Part shown: positions 25,587-32,000 of the stretch, piece by piece
Layout of the letters: each line of letters begins with the position of its first letter
Numbering within the stretch: the first letter of the stretch is position 1
From: Mycolicibacterium smegmatis
Lineage (GTDB): Bacteria; Actinomycetota; Actinomycetes; Mycobacteriales; Mycobacteriaceae
DNA: 32,000 nt
Reading direction: 5' to 3'
NCBI RefSeq assembly: GCF_001457595.1
Contig: NZ_LN831039.1
Coordinates: 5,580,001 to 5,612,000, forward strand
Position numbers and translations under genes: made by a program
The notes under the pieces: generated by a model
What the model was told of the DNA's origin: nothing
What the model saw: only the letters and a program-made list of their open reading frames with translations
Databases searched by the model: none

Positions 25587-26964
25587 AGACGGTCTCGCCC
25601 TCCCCGGACACCTTGTCGATCCGTTTCGCCAGATACAGCGCCTCCAGCGCCAATTCGATCGCGGCGGCACGCTGGCCCACCGACACCGCGTTGAGGCGGT
25701 GCGCGATGGCGTCGATGGCGGGCAGGTCCGGCAGCGCCGCCACAACGTCTTTGGCGGAGACGCGCTCACCGGTGGTCACCGGGGAGCCTTCCTCGATCGC
25801 CGCGACGAGCGGGCCGACGTCGATACCGCCCAGCAGGCGCTGCGCGGTGTCGGCCGTGGCGCGGCGCAGCAGATGCTCCAGCACGGCCTGCTCCCGACCT
25901 TCTTCGCCGGTCTCGAATTCGAGTTTGCCGCGCAACACGTCGATCACGGTCCCGAGGTCGACCACACGGGCCACCGGATCGTCCTCACCGAGGATGGCCG
26001 CGCGGTGCCGCGCCGAGGCCGCGACGGTCTCGGCCGCGGCGATCGCGAACCGCGCCGACACACCCGAACGCTGGTCGATCGAGTTCGACTCACGGAGATT
26101 GCGCGCGAACCGGGCGAGCACGGCGAGCAGGTACTCGGGCACCTCGGCCGCGAGTTCGGCCTCCTGCCGGATGACGCCCACCTCGGCCTCGAGTTCCAGC
26201 GGGTAGTGCGTGCGGATCTCGGCGCCGAACCGGTCCTTGAGCGGGGTGATGATGCGCCCGCGGTTGGTGTAGTCCTCCGGGTTGGCGCTGGCGACGACGA
26301 GCACGTCGAGCGGCAGCCGCAGCGTGTAGCCGCGCACCTGGATGTCGCGCTCCTCCATCACGTTGAGCATCGCCACCTGGATGCGCTCGGCGAGGTCGGG
26401 AAGTTCGTTGACCGCCACGATGCCGCGGTGCGCCCGCGGGATGAGCCCGTAGGCGATGGTCTCGGGGTCACCCAGGCTGCGCCCTTCGGCGACCTTGATC
26501 GGGTCGATGTCGCCCACCAGGTCGGCGACGCTGGTGTCGGGCGTCGCGAGTTTCTCGGTGTAGCGCTCGCTGCGATGACGCCACTCGACGGGCAGGTCGT
26601 CACCGGAGTCGGCCGCACGGCGGATCGACTCCGGCGTGATGGGGCTGTAGGGATGCTCGCCCAGTTCGGAACCCGCGATCACGGGTGTCCACTCGTCGAG
26701 CAGCCCGGTCAGCGCCCGCAGCAGCCTGGTCTTGCCCTGACCGCGCTCGCCCAGCAACACCACGTCGTGCCCGGCGATCAGGGCCCGTTCGAGCTGCGGG
26801 ATCACGGTGTCCTCGAAGCCGAGAATCCCAGGCCAAACATCGCGGCGCTCGGCCAGCGCGGCCAGCAGGTTTTCCCGGATTTCGGCTTTCACACCCCGTT
26901 CGCGGTGCCCGGAAGCTCGCAGTTCACCGACCGTGCGGGGCAGATCCTTCGGTTGACTCACCAC
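25579..26964 (-). CDS. MoxR/magnesium-chelatase-like AAA+ ATPase (Rv0958-like)
   Basis: Walker [19 protein letters not shown]; [17 protein letters not shown]; [49 protein letters not shown]. Confidence 0.92.
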   Translation of the reverse strand: MVSQPKDLPRTVGELRASGHRERGVKAEIRENLLAALAERRDVWPGILGFEDTVIPQLERALIAGHDVVLLGERGQGKTRLLRALTGLLDEWTPVIAGSELGEHPYSPITPESIRRAADSGDDLPVEWRHRSERYTEKLATPDTSVADLVGDIDPIKVAEGRSLGDPETIAYGLIPRAHRGIVAVNELPDLAERIQVAMLNVMEERDIQVRGYTLRLPLDVLVVASANPEDYTNRGRIITPLKDRFGAEIRTHYPLELEAEVGVIRQEAELAAEVPEYLLAVLARFARNLRESNSIDQRSGVSARFAIAAAETVAASARHRAAILGEDDPVARVVDLGTVIDVLRGKLEFETGEEGREQAVLEHLLRRATADTAQRLLGGIDVGPLVAAIEEGSPVTTGERVSAKDVVAALPDLPAIDAIAHRLNAVSVGQRAAAIELALEALYLAKRIDKVSGEGETVYG

Positions 26965-27074
26965 TCCAAGCTACGACTATGTGGGCAGTAAGGCATGGGT
27001 ACGCCTCAGACGCGTCGTCGTGCATGCCCCGCCAAAGTCGTGGCGAGTGCCCTCCGACCGGTAGTCTGCGGGCC

Positions 27075-28931
27075 ATGCCGTTGGCTAGCGGTCAGGTCTT
27101 CGCGGGGTTCACCATCGTCCGGTTGGTGGGCACCGGTGGCATGGGCGAAGTGTATTTGGCAAAGCATCCGCGGTTGCCTCGCGAAGATGCCCTCAAGGTC
27201 CTCCCGATCAGTGTCAGCGCCGACGACGAGTTCCGGCAGCGGTTCATCCGCGAGGCCGACATGGCGGCCACCCTGTGGCATCCGCACATCGTCGGCGTGC
27301 ACGACCGCGGGGAGTTCGAAGGCCGCCTGTGGATCTCGATGGACTACGTCGACGGCCACGACGCGGCGCGTCTGCTGCACGACAAGTACCCCAAAGGTAT
27401 GCCGGCCGACGACGTCGTGGAGATCGTCACGGCCGTCGGCGACGCGCTCGATTACGCGCATCAGCGCCAGCTACTGCACCGCGACGTCAAGCCCGCCAAC
27501 ATCCTGGTGACCGAGAAGCACGGCACCAAGCGGCGGATCATGCTCACCGACTTCGGTATCGCGCGCCGCACCGACGATGTCAACGGGCTCACGTCCACCA
27601 ACATCACGGTGGGATCGATGTCCTACACCTCGCCCGAGCAGCTCATGGGCCAGCCGCTCGACGGCCGGGCCGACCAGTATTCGTTGGCGGCCACCGCCTA
27701 CCGGTTGTTGACGGGCGCACCGCCGTTCTCGCACAGCAACCCGGCCGTGGTGATCAGCCACCATCTGAACTCGCCGCCGCCGAAACTGGGCGACACCAAA
27801 CCCGCACTGGCCAAGCTCGATTCGGTGATGGCCAAGGCGCTGGCCAAGGACGCCAAGGACCGGTTCGACACGTGCCACGACTTCGCGGTGGCGCTCGCCG
27901 AGGCCAACAAGGGCGACGAGTCGGCCGCACCCGTGACAGCCGCCCCGCCGCCGGTGATCACGCCGCCGGTTCAGACGGCCCCGCCGACGACGCCGCTCAA
28001 GGCGCAGACCCTGCCGGCTCCCCCGACACCCCCGACGCCTCTGTCGCCATCGAACCCGCAGGCGCCCACGGCCTCCCAGCCGCCGGTGTTCACCTCGTCG
28101 TGGGCAGGCCACGACGATCCGTCGGGCAGGCAGCCCGTCGCGGTCCCGGCGCCCGCCCCACCGCCACCGCCTCCGCCGTCGAACTTCGGTCCACCGCCGC
28201 CGGCCTACAGCCCGCCTCCGCGCAAGTCAGGAGGTGACCGCCGCAAGCTGATCATCGCCGCCGCGGCGATCGGGGCCGTGGTGCTGCTGGTGGGCGGCAT
28301 CACGCTGGCTGTCACCTCCGGCGGTGACAACGACTCCGCGGGCGCGGCTGCCACGACGTCGGAGACGGCGTCCGAGACACCCGTGACGACGACGCCCAAG
28401 AAACCGGGCGAGCACGCCTACACGATCGCCGACTACATCCGGGACAACAAGATCTCCGAAACCCCGGTGCACCGCGGCGATCCCAACACGCCCGAGTTGA
28501 CCATGCCGACCCCTCCGGGTTGGGCAGACGCGGGAACGCGCACCCCGGCGTGGGCGTATTCGGCGATCGTCAACGATCCCGCCTCGCCCACCGATCCGCC
28601 GTCGGTGATCTCGCTGATCTCGAAACTCGACGGCAATGTCGACCCCGAGAAGCTGCTGGAGTTCGCGCCCAACGAACTGCAGAACCTGACCGAGTGGGAA
28701 CCCATCGGCGGCGTGACGCGCAGCAATCTCAGCGGGTTCCCGTCGGTGCAACTCGGCGGAAGCTATCTCAAGGACGGCAAGCGCAGGGCCATCACGCAGA
28801 AGACCGTGGTGGTCGACATCCCGTCGGGTATCTACGTGTTGCAGATCAACGCCGATTCGCTCTACCGCGATTTCGGGGCCCTGGTCGACGTCAACAAGGC
28901 CATCGACAAAGAGGCCACGATCAAACCGTGA
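27075..28931 (+). CDS. Ser/Thr protein kinase with Pro-rich linker, one TM and LpqN-like extracellular domain
   Basis: Kinase motifs [55 protein letters not shown]; [25 protein letters not shown]; ectodomain [39 protein letters not shown]...[14 protein letters not shown] resembles LpqN-family lipoproteins. Confidence 0.88.
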   Translation: MPLASGQVFAGFTIVRLVGTGGMGEVYLAKHPRLPREDALKVLPISVSADDEFRQRFIREADMAATLWHPHIVGVHDRGEFEGRLWISMDYVDGHDAARLLHDKYPKGMPADDVVEIVTAVGDALDYAHQRQLLHRDVKPANILVTEKHGTKRRIMLTDFGIARRTDDVNGLTSTNITVGSMSYTSPEQLMGQPLDGRADQYSLAATAYRLLTGAPPFSHSNPAVVISHHLNSPPPKLGDTKPALAKLDSVMAKALAKDAKDRFDTCHDFAVALAEANKGDESAAPVTAAPPPVITPPVQTAPPTTPLKAQTLPAPPTPPTPLSPSNPQAPTASQPPVFTSSWAGHDDPSGRQPVAVPAPAPPPPPPPSNFGPPPPAYSPPPRKSGGDRRKLIIAAAAIGAVVLLVGGITLAVTSGGDNDSAGAAATTSETASETPVTTTPKKPGEHAYTIADYIRDNKISETPVHRGDPNTPELTMPTPPGWADAGTRTPAWAYSAIVNDPASPTDPPSVISLISKLDGNVDPEKLLEFAPNELQNLTEWEPIGGVTRSNLSGFPSVQLGGSYLKDGKRRAITQKTVVVDIPSGIYVLQINADSLYRDFGALVDVNKAIDKEATIKP

Positions 28932-28937
28932 GGCGCG

Positions 28938-29591
28938 TCAGCGTTCGCCCGGCGGCAGGATCTGGAAACCCTTGATGATCGTCTCGGCGTCACGCTGATA
29001 GGCCGGATTGTCCGGATCGGTGGTCTGCACCGTGACCGCGGCGACGAACGTCTTGGTCTCGGTGTGCAGCACCGCGCCGACGACGATCGCCGGATGTGGT
29101 TCCAGACCGCCCATCTGGGGCATCTGGTAGTGGATGGTCTCGGCGGGCAGCCCGCACAGGGTGTGCTTTTCGGACGAGATGTTCGTCGCGCCCAGGCCCG
29201 TCTCGAGCGCCTCGCGCTGGTTCTCGAACACCAACTCCGGATCCTGTTCGCCCCGGGCGGTTTCCAGGGTCACCACCGCCGTCGGCGCGAACTCCTCGGT
29301 GCCCAGCGCGGGGTTGCTCATCGCGAACCGGATCAACTCCGAGTCGAGCATCGTGTTGCGGGTCCAGCCCTGCGGCTGGGGAATCCGGAGGATCGGCTCC
29401 CCGGCCGCCTGGGTGTCGATGTCGGTGAGCGGCGCGTCGACCTCTTCGCATTCCGCGGCGGAGGCACCGCTTGCGGCCCCGCCCGCCAGGTCGGGGCCGG
29501 CCACCGACCGACCGTCGACCACCCGGGTGCACGACGCCGTGAGCAGCGTGAGTGCGAACAGAACGGCTGCTGCTTTCGGAGCGGTCGTCAC
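28938..29591 (-). CDS. LpqN-like lipoprotein
   Basis: Lipobox LTLLTASC; EPILRIPQPQGWTRNTMLDSELIRFAMSNP...PTAVVTLETA...TFVAAVTVQTTDPDNPAYQRDAETIIKGFQILPP. Confidence 0.8.
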   Translation of the reverse strand: MTTAPKAAAVLFALTLLTASCTRVVDGRSVAGPDLAGGAASGASAAECEEVDAPLTDIDTQAAGEPILRIPQPQGWTRNTMLDSELIRFAMSNPALGTEEFAPTAVVTLETARGEQDPELVFENQREALETGLGATNISSEKHTLCGLPAETIHYQMPQMGGLEPHPAIVVGAVLHTETKTFVAAVTVQTTDPDNPAYQRDAETIIKGFQILPPGER

Positions 29592-29624
29592 GACTGCACC
29601 TTCCTCACGAGAAGGGACCGGTGG

Positions 29625-31208
29625 TCAGTGCGCGAAATGCCTTGCGCCGGTGAGGTAGAGCGTGATGCCGGCAAGCTCGGCAGCGGCGGTCACCTCGGCG
29701 TCGCGCACCGATCCGCCGGGGTGCACGATGGCCTTGACGTCGGCCTCGGTGAGTACCTGCAGCCCGTCGGGGAACGGGAAGAACGCGTCGGACGCGGCGA
29801 CGGCACCGGCCACACGGTCCCCGCCACGCTGCACCGCGAGCTTCGCGGCGTCGACGCGGTTCACCTGGCCCATGCCCACGCCCACCGTGGCGCCGTCGCG
29901 CGCGACGACGATCGCGTTGGACTTCACCGCGCGGCACGCGCGCCACGCGAACACGAGGTCCTCCAACGTCTTCGGGTCGGCCGGTTCACCGGTGGCCAGC
30001 GTCCAGTTGTTGGGGTCGTCACCGTCGGCGTCGAGCGCGTCGCGCTGCTGCAGGAGCAGACCGCCACTGATCTGGCGCACCTCGGTGCCGCCGATGGGCG
30101 GTTGTGAGGCCACCAGGATGCGGATGTTCTTCTTGCGGGCGAGCACCTCGACCGCGCCGGGTTCGTAGGCCGGCGCGATGATCACCTCGGTGAAGATCTC
30201 CGAAATGGTCTCGGCCATCTCGACACTCACCTCGGTGTTGGCCGCGATGACGCCACCGAACGCGCTCAGCGGGTCGCACTCGTGGGCCTTGCGGTGCGCG
30301 TCGGCCACCGATGTCGACGAGATCGCGATGCCACAGGGGTTGGCATGCTTGATGATCGCCACGCACGTCTGCTCGTGGTCGAACGCAGCGCGCCACGCCG
30401 CGTCGGCATCCGTGTAGTTGTTGTAGGACATCTCCTTGCCGTGCAACTGCTCGGCCTGCGCCAGACCGGGCCACGCCGCGTTGTCGCGGTACACCGCGGC
30501 CTTCTGGTGCGGGTTCTCGCCGTAGCGCAGCACCGCGGCGCGGTGCCACGTACCGGCGAACCACTGCGGCAGCGACGGTTCGACGGCTCCACCTTCGGCG
30601 GAGCCCTCCTCCGGCGACAGCGTCGAGCCCATCCAGCTCGCGACCGCGACGTCGTACTCGGCGGTGTGGCGGAACGCCACCGATGCCAACTTCTTTCGCT
30701 CGGCGAGCGTGAAGCCGCCGGCACGCACCGCGGCGAGCACGCCGTCGTAGCCCAGCGGGTCGACGACCACCGCGACGCTCGGGTGGTTCTTGGCCGCAGC
30801 GCGCACCATCGACGGTCCGCCGATGTCGATCTGCTCGACGCACTCGTCCACCGACGCCCCGGAGGCCACGGTCTCGCTGAACGGATAGAGGTTCACCACC
30901 ACCAGTTCGAACGCCTCGACGTCGAGTTCCTTGAGCGCCGCGAGATGTTCGGGCTTGCGGGTGTCGGCGAGCAACCCTGCGTGAACGCGCGGGTGCAGCG
31001 TCTTGACCCGGCCGTCGAGCACCTCGGGGAAACCGGTGACCTGTTCCACCGGCGTCACCGGAACACCGGCGGCGGCAATGGTTTTCGCGGTCGAGCCGGT
31101 GGAGACGATCGCGACGCCGGCCTGGTGCAGGCCGCGCGCCAGATCGGCGAGACCGGTCTTGTCGTAGACACTGATCAGGGCCCGCCGGACCGGTTTCTTG
31201 TCGCTCAT
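29625..31208 (-). CDS. purH: Bifunctional AICAR formyltransferase / IMP cyclohydrolase
   Basis: [76 protein letters not shown]; [13 protein letters not shown]; KHANPCGIA; [11 protein letters not shown]. Confidence 0.98.
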   Translation of the reverse strand: MSDKKPVRRALISVYDKTGLADLARGLHQAGVAIVSTGSTAKTIAAAGVPVTPVEQVTGFPEVLDGRVKTLHPRVHAGLLADTRKPEHLAALKELDVEAFELVVVNLYPFSETVASGASVDECVEQIDIGGPSMVRAAAKNHPSVAVVVDPLGYDGVLAAVRAGGFTLAERKKLASVAFRHTAEYDVAVASWMGSTLSPEEGSAEGGAVEPSLPQWFAGTWHRAAVLRYGENPHQKAAVYRDNAAWPGLAQAEQLHGKEMSYNNYTDADAAWRAAFDHEQTCVAIIKHANPCGIAISSTSVADAHRKAHECDPLSAFGGVIAANTEVSVEMAETISEIFTEVIIAPAYEPGAVEVLARKKNIRILVASQPPIGGTEVRQISGGLLLQQRDALDADGDDPNNWTLATGEPADPKTLEDLVFAWRACRAVKSNAIVVARDGATVGVGMGQVNRVDAAKLAVQRGGDRVAGAVAASDAFFPFPDGLQVLTEADVKAIVHPGGSVRDAEVTAAAELAGITLYLTGARHFAH

Positions 31209-31218
31209 CGATGTCTCC

Positions 31219-31848
31219 TCATCCGAAGGTCGCCTTTCGTCCTGTCCAGATCACGCCGCGTGTCGCCAGCGCTGCCAGCACGTCCACCAGGAGCCGTCGT
31301 TCGACGACCTTGATGCGTTCGTGCAGAGTCTCTTCGGTGTCATCGTCGTCGATCTCGACGACCTGCTGGGCCAGAATCGGCCCGGTGTCGACGCCCGAAT
31401 CCACCAGGTGCACCGTGCACCCGGTGACCCGCACGCCGTAGTTGAGCGCCTCTCGTACCGCGTGGGCGCCGGGGAACGCGGGCAGCAGGGCCGGATGGGT
31501 GTTGACCACGCGACCCGGGAAACGGGAGAGGAATTCGGCGCCGAGGATCTTCATGAACCCGGCGGAGACCACCAGATCCGGGTGGTGCTCGGCGGTGGCG
31601 GCGGTCAGCGCAGCGTCCCAGGCCGCGCGATCGGCATGGTCTGCGAGGCGCACCGTGTACGTAGGCACGTCCGCGGCGGCGGCGACGTCGAGGGCCGCGC
31701 ATTTGCGGTCGGTGCCCACAGCGACCACCCGCGCGGGGTATTCGCCCGTGGCGGCTTCCAGTAGCGACGCGAGCAACGATCCGGCGCCTGAAGCAAGCAC
31801 CACCAGCCGTGCCGGTGCACTCGGAGGCACTCGTAGTGGTTGCTGCAC
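31219..31848 (-). CDS. purN: Phosphoribosylglycinamide formyltransferase (GAR transformylase)
   Basis: [21 protein letters not shown]; [41 protein letters not shown]; [22 protein letters not shown] start at 31848 ([12 protein letters not shown]) preferred; ATG at 31872 is an alternative. Confidence 0.94.
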   Translation of the reverse strand: MQQPLRVPPSAPARLVVLASGAGSLLASLLEAATGEYPARVVAVGTDRKCAALDVAAAADVPTYTVRLADHADRAAWDAALTAATAEHHPDLVVSAGFMKILGAEFLSRFPGRVVNTHPALLPAFPGAHAVREALNYGVRVTGCTVHLVDSGVDTGPILAQQVVEIDDDDTEETLHERIKVVERRLLVDVLAALATRGVIWTGRKATFG

Positions 31849-31858
31849 TCGCAGCAGC

Positions 31859-32000
31859 CTAGTCCTCTGCATTGCGCGGTTTATCGCCGGACACTTCTTC
31901 GTCACCGAACTCGTCGACGAAGAAGTGGTCCTCGGGGTCCTCGTCGAGCAGGTCGCGCGGCGAGCGGGGCGCGACGGGCGCGCCGGCGTCGTCGTCGGTC
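31859..32000 (-). CDS. 3' end of a CDS with acidic C-terminus, probably the Rv0955-like (DUF6350) membrane protein usually upstream of purN
   Basis: Open minus-strand frame to the window edge reading ...TDDDAGAPVAPRSRDLLDEDPEDHFFVDEFGDEEVSGDKPRNAED* (TAG at 31859-31861). It is missing from the ORF track because the start lies outside the window. Identity inferred from synteny. Confidence 0.5.
   Translation of the reverse strand, partial: TDDDAGAPVAPRSPRDLLDEDPEDHFFVDEFGDEEVSGDKPRNAED

Noticed and set aside
24877-26991. 704-aa plus-strand ORF opposite the MoxR/VWA genes
   Set aside because: Antisense to two clearly conserved genes; its Arg/Ala/Gly-rich composition is typical of spurious antisense frames in high-GC genomes.

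Overview
The window is a GC-rich mycobacterial chromosome segment, probably a fast grower such as Mycolicibacterium smegmatis. Two core blocks flank an accessory region. The left block (1-6159) is a fatty-acid/acyl-CoA operon, fadE13-accD2-accA2-fadE12-echA7-like, with ATGA-type overlaps. It is followed by an MscS-family channel gene. The right block (23586-32000) holds a VWA protein, a MoxR/Mg-chelatase-like ATPase, a Ser/Thr kinase with an LpqN-like ectodomain, an LpqN-like lipoprotein, purH, purN and the 3' end of a further gene. The middle (about 7.4-23.6 kb) holds an ester-cyclase remnant, a hemophore-like protein, two tandem secreted paralogs, several secreted or membrane proteins, a PhoD-family phosphatase, an MBL-fold protein and a frameshifted AbiEi/DUF559-type gene. 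I found no rRNA, tRNA, CRISPR array or intact transposon. The strongest unexplained signals are: (1) three copies within 1.9 kb of a ~57-nt palindromic element (22-nt imperfect arms, 12-13-nt loop), two of which tightly bracket the frameshifted DUF559-type gene, suggesting a REP-like element/nuclease relationship; (2) a leader shared by the two secreted paralogs, in which a 7-bp inverted repeat sits at identical positions in both copies but with three compensatory pair changes, around an invariant TTGCTACAGTGT; (3) an Ser/Thr kinase with an LpqN-like ectodomain convergent with an LpqN-like lipoprotein gene. All homology calls come from reading the translations; no database searches were run.
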